Origin: Rhodothermales bacterium
GTDB taxonomy: Bacteria > Bacteroidota > Rhodothermia > Rhodothermales > BA12
Length of the DNA: 64,000 nt
Direction of reading: 5' to 3'
Assembly: GCA_963793245.1 (NCBI GenBank)
Contig: CAWBZG010000005.1
Span: 569,050 to 633,049 of the forward strand
Position 1 is the stretch's first letter. Each line of letters begins with the position of its first letter. Positions 39,281 through 49,344 of the stretch are shown here, in pieces. Position numbers and translations under genes: made by a program. The notes under the pieces are model-generated. The model searched no databases and had not been told where the DNA came from. It saw only the letters and a list, made by a program, of their open reading frames with translations.

Positions 39281-39450
39281 CCTCCCGCACTACGTCTCGC
39301 ACTCCGGCGAAGATGCGGAAGCGAGAAAAGGCCCCACGGTCGAGCGCACCCGCCTCGCCACCACGGACAAATCCGAGGCTTTGCAATCACTCGGCAGCAG
39401 CCCCCGCACTCCGTAGCGACGACGCGTGCAGCGTCGCCTCCACGCCTCGC

Positions 39451-39810
39451 TCAATATCCGCTGCCCATGTCATCCATCAGGCCGCTCGACATAAAGAACG
39501 CGATCAGGGCGCCGTAGAGCAGAAAGCCGATGACCATCATCACGACGGTGGCTATAGCGGCAAACTTGAGCATCTTCATCCCGTCGGCCAGGTGGCGGTG
39601 GGCGTCGGCGAGCGTCATCTCGTCGGCCATTTCCGCGTAGCTCAGAAACGCCTGTCCCGAGTCGCGGCTGCGCAGGCCGAAGATCAGGTACGGAATGCCG
39701 ACGATGGCGCCAATGATCGACAGGCACTGCACTGCGCCGAAGACGACGTAGAACGTGCCGACGAAGCGCATATCGCGACCGAGTTTGGCGAGCATTTCGG
39801 AGGGAAACAT
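39451..39810 (-). CDS. Small membrane protein, hypothetical (tandem paralog B)
   Basis: Paralog of 38882..39280 at roughly 50% identity by eye. Confidence 0.55.
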   Translation of the reverse strand: MFPSEMLAKLGRDMRFVGTFYVVFGAVQCLSIIGAIVGIPYLIFGLRSRDSGQAFLSYAEMADEMTLADAHRHLADGMKMLKFAAIATVVMMVIGFLLYGALIAFFMSSGLMDDMGSGY

Positions 39811-39974
39811 GGCGGAGATGGGTTGAGTGAAGATTCATCCACGCTACGGATCAACCCCTTCTCGGCGCAACAGCGATCGCCGATTTCCGAATGCTCTGGC
39901 TCGGTTGGCGATGGGCACACTCCTCCCCATCGCAGCGTTCCACCTGCCGATCCAACCACCTGATCTCCAACGAC

Positions 39975-40835
39975 ATGAACACTCTTCGCGTAGGCTTCCT
40001 CCTCGTCGCTCTGACGGCGCTCTTCGTCTGGATCGGCGGAATGATCGGCGGGCAGAGCGGTGTCGTGATCGCGTTCGGGCTGGCCGTTGTGATGAACCTG
40101 GGCAGCTACTGGTTTTCGGACACGATGGTGGTCAAGATGACCGGCGCACAACCCGTCGCTCCCGGCTCGGCGCCCCGGCTCGAGGCGATGATCGAGCGCC
40201 TTTCCCAACGTGCCGGACTGCCGACGCCTGCCCTCTACATCGTCCCAGATCCGCAGCCCAATGCGTTCGCGACCGGACGCAATCCCGAACGCGCCGTCGT
40301 CGCCGTCAACCAGGGCCTGCTGGACATGCTCGACGAGCGCGAAATCGAAGCCGTCGTCGCGCACGAGTTGGGGCACGTCAAGCACCGCGACACGCTCACG
40401 ATGGCGATCGTCGCGACGCTGGCCGGGGCGATCATGACGCTGGCGAGTCTGGCGCGATGGGGCATGATCCTAGGTGGTGGAAGCCGGGACAACGACAACG
40501 GCGGCGCGCTCGGGATGCTGGTGGCGATGCTCGTCGCCCCCCTCGCCGCCGTCTTGATCCAGACCGGCATTTCCCGCGCCCGAGAGTTTGAAGCCGACCG
40601 CGCCGCCGCCGAACTGACCGGCTCGCCCGACGGCCTGATCAACGCGCTGCGCAAGCTGGAACGGGGCGTCGAGATGGTGCCCCAGACCGTCGCCACACCG
40701 TCGACGGCGCACTTACGCATTGTCAACCCGCTTCGGGGTGGCGGCGCACGAGCAGCGTTCGGCGGACTCTTCCGCACGCACCCGCCGACCGAGAAGCGGA
40801 TCGAGGCGCTGATGGCGCTGCAAGGACGTGTGTGA
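39975..40835 (+). CDS. htpX: Zinc metalloprotease HtpX (M48)
   Basis: HELGHVKHRD zinc motif and TM helices. Confidence 0.85.
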   Translation: MNTLRVGFLLVALTALFVWIGGMIGGQSGVVIAFGLAVVMNLGSYWFSDTMVVKMTGAQPVAPGSAPRLEAMIERLSQRAGLPTPALYIVPDPQPNAFATGRNPERAVVAVNQGLLDMLDEREIEAVVAHELGHVKHRDTLTMAIVATLAGAIMTLASLARWGMILGGGSRDNDNGGALGMLVAMLVAPLAAVLIQTGISRAREFEADRAAAELTGSPDGLINALRKLERGVEMVPQTVATPSTAHLRIVNPLRGGGARAAFGGLFRTHPPTEKRIEALMALQGRV

Positions 40836-40989
40836 CGCCGAGCGCGAGGAGGGCGTCTAGACCCAAGCGACGCCACCCATAGCGACGCTGCGATGCGGAC
40901 CGACTAGGATACTGGCGGTTCTTCCTGCCTTTCGCGTGGTGGAGGCCCTGTGCGGTCCCGATCTTGGGGACTCACCTGTTTGCCCTGCT

Positions 40990-43020
40990 ATGCTTCCTCT
41001 CCTCGCCGCCGCGCCTCCGTTTCTGGCCGAGATGGTCGTGCTGCTGGTGATCAGCGTCGCCATCGCGTACCTCAGCCTGCGCATCAAATTGGTGCCGATC
41101 GCGGGTTTCCTGATCGCGGGCGTGCTGATCGGCCCGAGCGCGTTCGGACTGGTCGAGGATCGCGAGTTGATCGAAGGGATGGCCGAAATCGGCGTGATCC
41201 TGCTGCTGTTTTCGATCGGCGTCGAGTTCTCGATCGAGAAGCTCAACCGGATCAAGCGGGCGATTTTCGTCGGCGGCAGTTTTCAGACGATTGGAACGGT
41301 CCTCGTGACGACCGGCATCCTGATGGCGCTGGGCGTAGCGTGGAACGCGGCCATTTTCACCGGCTTTCTCGTCGGCTTGTCGTCCACGGCCATTGTGCTG
41401 TCGCTGCTGAGCGAACGCGGCGAAACCGAGACGCCTGCCGGAAGCCTGAGTCTGGCGACGCTCATCTTCCAGGACTTCGCCGTCATTCTGATGGTGCTGA
41501 TGGTGCCGATTCTGGCGGGAGGCGCCACGTCTCCGATGGACGGGTTGTTCGTGCTGGGGCGGGCGCTGCTCGTGATGGTGCTGGCCGTCGTCGCGGCGCG
41601 CAAACTGGTGCCGCCGCTGCTCGAACGCGTGGCGCACACGCGGCGGCCCGAACTGTTCTTGCTGACCGTCGTCGCGCTGTGCTTCGGCATCGCGTGGCTG
41701 GTCTCCCTGGCCGAAGTCAGCGTCGCGCTCGGAGCGTTCCTCGCCGGATTGGTCGTATCGGAAAGCCGATATAGCGATCAGGCGCTGGGCGAAATCCTGC
41801 CGCTGCGTACGGTCTTCAACGCCGTCTTTTTCGTCTCGGTCGGCATGCTGCTCGACATCTGGTTCGTCGTCGAGAACCCGCTGCTGGTGATCGGCATCGG
41901 AGCCGCCGTGCTGCTGATTAAGGCGCTGATGGCGGGCGGAGCCGTCGTGATCCTCAAATACCCGATCCGCGTCGCCGCCGCCGTCGGGCTGACGCTGGCC
42001 CAGATCGGCGAGTTTTCGTTCGTGCTCGAACGCGCGGGCGAAGCGCAAGGGCTGTACCCCGCCGGATTGGAGGAAGGATCGCAGGCGTTTATCGCCGTGT
42101 CGGTCCTGCTGATGATCGCGACGCCGTTCTTGATGAGCGCGGGTCCGCGTGTCGGCAAGTGGATGGCGCGTGGGCGACTCGCCGAGTGGGGACGCGAACC
42201 CGATCCGCCACCGCCGCCGCCCTTCGAAGACCATACGATCGTCGTTGGATACGGCCCGGCTGGGCAGCGCTTGGGATCGGTGTTGCGCGACTCGGGCATT
42301 CCCTACGTCATCGTCGAACTCAATCCGGCGGCGACGGCGCGCGCCGACGGACACGAACACGTCATCATCGGCGACGCGAGCCGGGAGCACCTGCTCGAAG
42401 CCGCAGGCATCGACCGGGCGAAACTGCTGGTCCTCGCAACCAACGACGGACAGGCCAACCTGCGCATCACGCATCAAGCCAAGCATCACAACCCGACGCT
42501 CCAAGTCATCGTCCGAGCGCGCTACCTGACCGAAGTCGAGCCGCTGCATCAGACCGGAGCCGACATCGTCGTGCCCGAAGAGTTGGAGACGACGGTTCGC
42601 CTGTTTTCTCACGTGCTAGGCGCCTACCTCGTCGCGCCGGATGTGATCGAGCAGCACGCACGCGCCCTCCGCTCGGGCGACTATCAGGTCTTGCGTGGGT
42701 CGATTCAGGAAGCACACCTCATGGTGCTGCAAGGCTTCGACGAGGACGGGCTGCACACGCGCGCCGTCATGGTCCGCGAGGGCGCGCACGTAGCGGGCAA
42801 GTCGCTCGCCGAACTCCACCTGCGCAACCGGCACCACCTGACCGTCCTCGCCATTCGCCGCGACGGGCGCACGTTCGGCAGTCCGGCAGGCAGTTTCCGC
42901 CTGAAGCCCGGCGACCGGATTGTGCTCATCGGGCAGGCGCTCGACTTCGCCGATAGCGCGCCGCTCTTCCGTCCGATCGACGAAGACCTACCGCCTATCG
43001 TGCTCCCGGACGCGTCCTAG
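40990..43020 (+). CDS. CPA2 monovalent cation:proton antiporter (KefB/KefC-like) with C-terminal RCK/TrkA-N and TrkA-C domains
   Basis: 12–13 TM helices, then IVVGYGPAGQRLG (Rossmann fold) and a TrkA-C domain. Confidence 0.8.
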   Translation: MLPLLAAAPPFLAEMVVLLVISVAIAYLSLRIKLVPIAGFLIAGVLIGPSAFGLVEDRELIEGMAEIGVILLLFSIGVEFSIEKLNRIKRAIFVGGSFQTIGTVLVTTGILMALGVAWNAAIFTGFLVGLSSTAIVLSLLSERGETETPAGSLSLATLIFQDFAVILMVLMVPILAGGATSPMDGLFVLGRALLVMVLAVVAARKLVPPLLERVAHTRRPELFLLTVVALCFGIAWLVSLAEVSVALGAFLAGLVVSESRYSDQALGEILPLRTVFNAVFFVSVGMLLDIWFVVENPLLVIGIGAAVLLIKALMAGGAVVILKYPIRVAAAVGLTLAQIGEFSFVLERAGEAQGLYPAGLEEGSQAFIAVSVLLMIATPFLMSAGPRVGKWMARGRLAEWGREPDPPPPPPFEDHTIVVGYGPAGQRLGSVLRDSGIPYVIVELNPAATARADGHEHVIIGDASREHLLEAAGIDRAKLLVLATNDGQANLRITHQAKHHNPTLQVIVRARYLTEVEPLHQTGADIVVPEELETTVRLFSHVLGAYLVAPDVIEQHARALRSGDYQVLRGSIQEAHLMVLQGFDEDGLHTRAVMVREGAHVAGKSLAELHLRNRHHLTVLAIRRDGRTFGSPAGSFRLKPGDRIVLIGQALDFADSAPLFRPIDEDLPPIVLPDAS

Positions 43021-43045
43021 CATTCCCCAGGAGAAACAGCCCGAT

Positions 43046-43456
43046 TTAGATCCGCAGGCTGAACTGCACCTGAGCCAGCTCGCCGGGTCCCGTCGTAGTC
43101 TGCGTAGCGCGCAGTGCGCCGCTGATAAAGATCGACACGGTGGCCTTGCCCTCACGATCCGGGTCTTCGCACGTCGATTTCAGGCTGGAGTTGAAGACCG
43201 ACAGATCGCCCTGATCGGTGACGGTTACCCGCTCGATAACTTCCCACGGTAAGACCTGCTTTTCGAGCGATACGAGTGAGCGCTCGGCATTGCGGTATTC
43301 GATGGCGCATCCTTCGCCCGTGTACGTGCCCTCTACGGCGTAGCGCACCTCGAACGTCTGCGACGCGCCGACCGGATCAACGGGTGCGTCGTCTTCGGTG
43401 GAATCGCACGCAGCGAGGGAGAGCACGAGGAGAGCGAGCGGAAGGAGGCGGAGCAT
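43046..43456 (-). CDS. Lipoprotein, hypothetical
   Basis: Lipobox LSLAAC. Start trimmed. Confidence 0.45.
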   Translation of the reverse strand: MLRLLPLALLVLSLAACDSTEDDAPVDPVGASQTFEVRYAVEGTYTGEGCAIEYRNAERSLVSLEKQVLPWEVIERVTVTDQGDLSVFNSSLKSTCEDPDREGKATVSIFISGALRATQTTTGPGELAQVQFSLRI

Positions 43457-43559
43457 GGCAAATCGGAAGTGAGCGCCTAGTCTAACGGCTCTTTTCGGTC
43501 GCATCAACCCAAAAAGCGCCGAACTCTCGCAGGTACCCGGTGGGCCGTCGCCCAGCCCG

Positions 43560-44000
43560 TCAGCGCGTCGCGGTGAACGTGCCTCCGACCCGGCAATCGC
43601 CGAAGCCGCACGACTGCCACTGCCCTTCGAACGAGTTGCCGATGTCGCCTTGCACGCGTGCTGTGAGGGTGACTCCCAGGTCCGGGATGAGCGGCACGGG
43701 ATACACGTACAGGGTCGAGTCCTGGCCTATGGATCCTTCGATACGCCCCCTGCCGGACAGCGCGGTGTGTGCGCCACGGCTGGCTTCGACTCGGAACGTC
43801 CCTTCAACGTCGGCGAGGGTTTCCCGGATCGGGCCGCTGGGGTCGCGAAACGAAAGCGTCAGCGTGCCTTCTGCTACCACCAAACCGTCCACATCGCGCG
43901 CAACGTAATCGAACGTGCCGGTCGAGTCGTCGAGGTCTTCGCCGAAGATCTGGCAACCGGAGAACGACGCGAGGAGAATGAGGGCGAGAAGTGCGCGCAT
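43560..44000 (-). CDS. Lipoprotein, hypothetical
   Basis: Lipobox SFSGC. Confidence 0.45.
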   Translation of the reverse strand: MRALLALILLASFSGCQIFGEDLDDSTGTFDYVARDVDGLVVAEGTLTLSFRDPSGPIRETLADVEGTFRVEASRGAHTALSGRGRIEGSIGQDSTLYVYPVPLIPDLGVTLTARVQGDIGNSFEGQWQSCGFGDCRVGGTFTATR

Positions 44001-44094
44001 GACGAAGCGGTTTGGACGAGACCCAAAGAGTAGCAGAATGCCCGCAGGAAAGCCGAAGCCTCTTGCTCAACAGTCCCTGCACGCCTCTCAGTCG

Positions 44095-45051
44095 TCAGCG
44101 CGCCCGAGTCGATTCGTCGACTACGGTACGCAGCCGAGCCGGAAAGTCCGTGATCAACCCGTCGACGCCCATCGCGATCAAGTCGATCATCCGCCTCCTA
44201 TCGTTGACCGTCCACGGCACGACGCGCATCCCTGCCGCGTGCGCCTCTTCGACCCTCTCCCGAGTGACGAACAGGTGGTACGGACTCCACACGTCGGGCG
44301 CGAAATCGAGCACTTGAGCGCCCTGGCTCGGCGTCTCGTACGGAGCGCCGTCGTCGACGAGCAGGGCAAGCGGTATGCGCGGGTCGATCTGCCGAGCCGA
44401 TTGCAGCGTCCGCACGTCGAACGATTGGATCGTGGTGCGCTCCAGCGCTCCAGCCTGCTCCGCCGTCGCGATGATGAGCGCGACGAAAGCATCGGGAGCC
44501 GGGTGGCGATCGCCGTCCCACGTCGAGCGCGACTTGGTCTCGACGTTGTAGAACGGAAGCGCCCGCTGAGTCTGGCGCGCGTGGGCGTCGGCTGCCGTGA
44601 TTACCTGAGCGAGCGTCGGCTTGTAGGCGGGCTGCGGCTGCTGGTCGGGAAAGCGCGCATGGCCTCGGCGTCCGCAGTCGAACGCCTGTACGTCCGAGAG
44701 CGGCATCTGGTAGATCAGCAGCGACTCCGCCTCGCCTTCCGTTACGGGCGATCCGTCGGGGTGCGAGCAGATGTCGGCGCTCATCCACGGTTCGTGCGAT
44801 AGGACGAGGACACCATCCGACGTAACCGACAGATCGAGTTCGAGCGTCGTCATGCCGTCGTCGAGCGCGCGCAGCATCGCCGCGACCGTGTTTTCGGGTA
44901 GCACGCCGCGTGCCCCTCGGTGTCCCTGCGCATCGAAGCCGCCGGGGAGAGCGAACCGCTCCACGCTGGAGGGCGATTCGGACACGTCAGACAAACGGGG
45001 CGAAGAACAGGCGGCAAGGGTCACGGCGAGGAGCAAAGGCGAGAGGCGCAT
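44095..45051 (-). CDS. Glycerophosphodiester phosphodiesterase
   Basis: GDPD motif HRGARGVLPENTVAAM...LELDL and a lipoprotein signal. Confidence 0.75.
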   Translation of the reverse strand: MRLSPLLLAVTLAACSSPRLSDVSESPSSVERFALPGGFDAQGHRGARGVLPENTVAAMLRALDDGMTTLELDLSVTSDGVLVLSHEPWMSADICSHPDGSPVTEGEAESLLIYQMPLSDVQAFDCGRRGHARFPDQQPQPAYKPTLAQVITAADAHARQTQRALPFYNVETKSRSTWDGDRHPAPDAFVALIIATAEQAGALERTTIQSFDVRTLQSARQIDPRIPLALLVDDGAPYETPSQGAQVLDFAPDVWSPYHLFVTRERVEEAHAAGMRVVPWTVNDRRRMIDLIAMGVDGLITDFPARLRTVVDESTRAR

Positions 45052-45117
45052 CCCGAAACGTAGGCACGCGAACAGCAGATGCCTCACGCGTAACACAACC
45101 CTAATCCGGCGCACTCC

Positions 45118-45399
45118 TCACAACGCGATCAGACCTTCGACCCCGCTGACACGCTCGTAGACGGCGATCACCTCGGCACTGGATTCCATCGTGGGCGAGA
45201 GCGTCGTCGAGATGTAGTTGCCGTTGCGCGAGGCGCGCGTCTGTAACTCGTAGCCGTCGAGGAGGCGCTGCAACTCGGGCATGTGTTCGAGCGGGACGAT
45301 GAACTTGAACGTGTAGTCGGTCGGAAAGTCGGTCTGGTCGTCGAGGAGGGTACGGAAGTTGGTCCACCACTCAACGTCTTGTTTGGAAAGAGGCGTCAT
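45118..45399 (-). CDS. DUF493 (YbeD-like) family protein
   Basis: YTFKFIVP...EVIAVYERVSGV pattern. Confidence 0.5.
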   Translation of the reverse strand: MTPLSKQDVEWWTNFRTLLDDQTDFPTDYTFKFIVPLEHMPELQRLLDGYELQTRASRNGNYISTTLSPTMESSAEVIAVYERVSGVEGLIAL

Positions 45400-45557
45400 C
45401 GTTGGAATCGGGTATGGAGAAGAGCGTTCGAACGCCTGCGATGCGCTTTCGTTTGCGATCCGTCGCGCGCCACGCACGGAGACGTTACACGCTGCTCGGC
45501 GCCAGATTCGGCGTGTGGCGTTGAGCCGGGCTTACCACCAAGTCTTGCTCTCCGACC

Positions 45558-47393
45558 ATGTCTACTGACACTCTCGAACGCTCCGTTTCCTCCTCTGCCC
45601 GACCATCCAAGCACGACGGTATGGGCGCAATTCCCTACAAAGGCGGCGTCTCGTTTCGCGTCTGGGCGCCCAACGCCGACGCTGTCTTCGTCACCGGACC
45701 GTGGTGCGACTGGGACGAGGGCAAGGAGTTGGCGCGCGATGGCGACGGCGGATACTGGTCGGGCGTCGTGCGCGGCATGAAGCCGGGTGCGCAGTACAAA
45801 TACCGCCTGCTGGCTGGAGGCGAAGAGTTGTTTCGCAACGATCCGTACGCGCGCATCGTCACGTCGAGCGTCGGCGAGAGCGTGGTCTACGACGATCATG
45901 CCTTCGACTGGGGCGACGATGACTTCCAGATGGCGCCATGGAACGAACTGGTCATCTACGAACTCCACGTCGGCACCTTCAACGATCGCAACCCCGACGG
46001 ACCGGGCACGCTCGATCAAGCCGCCGAACGCCTCGACTATCTCGCCGAGCTGGGCGTCAACGCGGTCAGCATGATGCCGCTCGCCGAGTTCGCGGGCGAT
46101 TTCTCGTGGGGCTACAACCCGGCGTATCCGTTCGCCATCGAAAGCGCCTACGGCGGACCGGACGCGTTCAAGCGTTTCGTCAAAGAGGCGCACGCACGCG
46201 GCATCGCCGTCCTCACCGATGTCGTCTACAACCACTTCGGCCCCTCCGACCTCGAACTGTGGCGCTTCGACGGCTGGGGCGAAGGCGACGGGGGCGGCAT
46301 CTACTTCTACAACGACCACCGCGCCGACACGCCCTGGGGCATGACGCGCCCCGACTATGGGCGCGAAGAAGTCCGCAACTACATCCGCGACAATGCTCGG
46401 ATGTGGCTGGGCAGCTTCCGGTGCGACGGCCTGCGCTGGGACGGCACCGTGTTCATTCGCTACAAGGACTTCTGGAAGAGCGAAGGCTCCGAGTTGCCCG
46501 ACGGCTGGTCGCTGATGCAAGAAATCACCCAGGAGATGAGCGAGAAGCATCCTGGCGCGCTGATGATCGCCGAGGATTTGCAGGGCGACGCGCACTTGGT
46601 CGAGCCAGTCGAAGCGGGCGGAGCAGGCTTCGGTGCCCAGTGGGACAGCCTGTTCGTCCACCCGATGCGTGCGGCACTGGAGGTGATGTCGGACGACGAG
46701 CGCAACCTGTACGACGTCGCAGAAGCCATCGGGCATAGCTACACGCTCGACGCGTTCAGCCGCGTGATCTATACCGAGAGCCACGACGAGGTCGCCAACG
46801 GACGCGCCCGGTTGCCCGAAGAAATCCACGAAGGCGACGCGCTGTCGTGGGAATCCAAAAAACGCTCGACGCTAGGGGCCGCCGCTGTCCTGACTGCGCC
46901 GGGGATTCCGATGCTGTTCCAGGGCCAGGAGATCGTTGAAGACGAGTGGTTTCGAGACACCGTCCCGCTCGACTGGAGCCGACTCGAACCACTGGGCGGC
47001 ATCCGCACGATGTACCGTGACCTGATCGCGCTGCGCCGAAATCTCAGCGGCACGACACGAGGCCTGTCGGGGCAGACGGTCCGCGTCCATCACATCAACC
47101 ACGACGACAAACTGATCGCTTTCGTTCGCGAAAAGGACGGCGGACCGGGCGATACGACCGTCGTCGTCCTCAACTTCGCCAACCGCGCGTACGACCACTA
47201 TCGCATCGGTTTGCCGAGTGACGGCACGTGGCACCTTCGCTTCAATTCGGACTGGACCGGCTATGGCTCAGACTTCGGCGATCATCCCTCCCACGCAGTT
47301 ACAACTGATGGAGAAGGACACGACGGTGAGCCTCACTCGGGATCGATTTCCATCGGCCCCTATACAGCGCTCGTCTTTTCTCAGTCCGAGTGA
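45558..47393 (+). CDS. glgB: 1,4-alpha-glucan branching enzyme (GH13 with N-terminal CBM48)
   Basis: CBM48 (VSFRVWAPNA), GH13 catalytic motifs (YELHVGTF, DVVYNHF) and a GlgB-type C-terminus (YRIGLPSDGTWHLRFNSDWTGYG). Confidence 0.65.
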   Translation: MSTDTLERSVSSSARPSKHDGMGAIPYKGGVSFRVWAPNADAVFVTGPWCDWDEGKELARDGDGGYWSGVVRGMKPGAQYKYRLLAGGEELFRNDPYARIVTSSVGESVVYDDHAFDWGDDDFQMAPWNELVIYELHVGTFNDRNPDGPGTLDQAAERLDYLAELGVNAVSMMPLAEFAGDFSWGYNPAYPFAIESAYGGPDAFKRFVKEAHARGIAVLTDVVYNHFGPSDLELWRFDGWGEGDGGGIYFYNDHRADTPWGMTRPDYGREEVRNYIRDNARMWLGSFRCDGLRWDGTVFIRYKDFWKSEGSELPDGWSLMQEITQEMSEKHPGALMIAEDLQGDAHLVEPVEAGGAGFGAQWDSLFVHPMRAALEVMSDDERNLYDVAEAIGHSYTLDAFSRVIYTESHDEVANGRARLPEEIHEGDALSWESKKRSTLGAAAVLTAPGIPMLFQGQEIVEDEWFRDTVPLDWSRLEPLGGIRTMYRDLIALRRNLSGTTRGLSGQTVRVHHINHDDKLIAFVREKDGGPGDTTVVVLNFANRAYDHYRIGLPSDGTWHLRFNSDWTGYGSDFGDHPSHAVTTDGEGHDGEPHSGSISIGPYTALVFSQSE

Positions 47394-47686
47394 AGCAGGT
47401 CTGCCAGCATACATCAAACGATTGAACCGCTAACGATTCAGTCACATGAGCAACCGATAGGAGACGCGGGCACAGTTTTTTGCATGTTTGAACCTGTGTG
47501 AGGCCGCGAGAATGTCTCGTGGGGCAGATAGAATGCTGTTGAAATAGGAGTGGGATAGATATTATGTGCTATCCCTCAGCACGTATCGCGTGCTCGCTTC
47601 TTTATCGTGATACGTTTTTATTCCTTCACCTGCGATTTCTACCGTCCCACCCCTGCGTAGGAATCGCGCACGTTCCCTCCTTCCCT

Positions 47687-48217
47687 ATGCGTACGCCACG
47701 CAACGTCTACCGCATCGACATCGAGCCTTCGGAATCTTTTCCGGGGCGCCACTCTACTCACGGCTGGCAAGTTCGCATCCGCCGCGCCGGGACGCAGCAC
47801 ACTAAGTTTTTCGCCGATGCCAAATACGGCGACCGCGACAAAGCGCTCAAAGCCGCCGAAGTCTTCCGCGACGAACTCATGCCGACGCTTCCCGAAGCCG
47901 ACAGCGCGACCGAGCGCTCGGCCCAGGCGCGCAGCAAGACCGGCGTCGTCGGCCTCAGCTTCTGCACCAAAGACGACGGCAGTGGCAACCACAAACCGTA
48001 CGTCCAACTGAGCTGGACCGACAACGACCGCAAACGCAAAACGGCGTCGTACTCGGTCGAGCGTTGGGGCTTGCGCAAAGCTGTCTGGAACGGCGTCTCG
48101 CGCCTGCACAAGGAGCGCACCGAACTGGGCCGCAAGACCGACGAGACACAAGACATGTTCGCGACGGCCTACTCGCGCATTGTCCGCGACTACCCCGAGC
48201 ACGCCGGAGACGACTGA
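47687..48217 (+). CDS. Protein with two AP2-like DNA-binding domains
   Basis: Two repeats resembling AP2/ERF (GWQVRIRRAGTQHTKFFADAKYG...; KPYVQLSWTDNDRKRKTASYSVERWG...). It follows a ~290-nt AT-rich spacer. Confidence 0.45.
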   Translation: MRTPRNVYRIDIEPSESFPGRHSTHGWQVRIRRAGTQHTKFFADAKYGDRDKALKAAEVFRDELMPTLPEADSATERSAQARSKTGVVGLSFCTKDDGSGNHKPYVQLSWTDNDRKRKTASYSVERWGLRKAVWNGVSRLHKERTELGRKTDETQDMFATAYSRIVRDYPEHAGDD

Positions 48218-48338
48218 GCCTCGTTCGAGGCTTTCTTGGTTCACTAGGGCGCTCTGCGACTAGTCCGAGTACGCGTCATTCTCCGCCCGAAACAGAGGTA
48301 GCGCCTCCTACTCCGCAACTTCTGTTTCGCTGCTGAGA

Positions 48339-49211
48339 CTACTCCCTCATCCGCCGGATGGCCCGCACGATGCGTGGTCGTCCGGCGGTGTCGTTTTGGA
48401 TCGTCACGTCGTCGAATTGATCGGGCGTGAGCAGGGCGGCTGTCGCGCCGGCGTGGTCCGCGTGCGTTTCTAAGACGAGCGTGCCACCTGGGTTGAGACG
48501 ATCTATCGCGTGCCGAGCCAGCGCGCGATAGAACAGCAGCACGTCCCCCGGAGCGAACAGCGCCAGGTATGGCTCGTGGTCCCGCACTTCGGGTTCGAGC
48601 GATGTCTCTTCGTTCTCGGCAACGTAGGGCGGGTTGCTTACGATCACGTCGAACGTGCCCGGCACGTCCAGCATGTCGGCGAGCACATCGGCTGAGTGGA
48701 ACGCGACGTTCAGCCCCAACCGCTCGGCGTTGGATCGGGCGATGGCGAGCGCGGCGTCGCTCACGTCGCACGCAACGACTTCGGCTACCGGCACCTCGTC
48801 GGCGAGGGCGAGCGCGATGCACCCGCTTCCCGTCCCCGCATCCAGCACACGCGGACGCGCATGCTCACGCGCCGCGTCGATCGCCCACCCTGCGACCTCT
48901 TCGGTCTCAGGACGCGGAATCAATACGCCCGGCCCGACGCGCAACGTCAGCCGCCGAAAATCCGCCTCTCCAACGAGGTACTGCACCGGCTCTCGCCGCG
49001 CTCGCCGCTCGACAAGCTCGTCCAGTCGTCGTCGATCTTCGCTGGACAGCATGCCGGCAACTGACTCTCCCATTCGGCTGCGCCACCACGACCGAGGCTT
49101 GTCCATGACGTGCGAGACTAGCCACGCCAGCGATGAGTCGGCATCGGTGATACCGGAATCGATCAGGCGCGATCGGTAGGCGTCTAGAAGAGAGCGGAGC
49201 GTATCGGGCAT
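48339..49211 (-). CDS. prmC: Release-factor glutamine N5-methyltransferase (HemK)
   Basis: DAGTGSGCIALALA and a VSNPPY motif. Confidence 0.85.
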   Translation of the reverse strand: MPDTLRSLLDAYRSRLIDSGITDADSSLAWLVSHVMDKPRSWWRSRMGESVAGMLSSEDRRRLDELVERRARREPVQYLVGEADFRRLTLRVGPGVLIPRPETEEVAGWAIDAAREHARPRVLDAGTGSGCIALALADEVPVAEVVACDVSDAALAIARSNAERLGLNVAFHSADVLADMLDVPGTFDVIVSNPPYVAENEETSLEPEVRDHEPYLALFAPGDVLLFYRALARHAIDRLNPGGTLVLETHADHAGATAALLTPDQFDDVTIQNDTAGRPRIVRAIRRMRE

Positions 49212-49344
49212 CTCACGTGAACGAGTGGAAAGGTGCGACGTGCCCAAAGCGCAACAGTCTCCTCCTATCGGCAGTCGCAGCGAACTCCCCCTATCTGCCC
49301 CGCGTCCAACATCTCTACTCACTCCGACTTTTCCGACTCCAAAT

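Noticed and set aside
45396-46829. 477-aa minus-strand ORF
   Set aside because: It is antisense to glgB, which has CBM48 and GH13 motifs in the plus frame.
47394-48217. Prophage or IS insertion
   Set aside because: No integrase, transposase, terminal inverted repeats or att-like direct repeats were detectable. Only the AT-rich spacer and the AP2 protein were seen.
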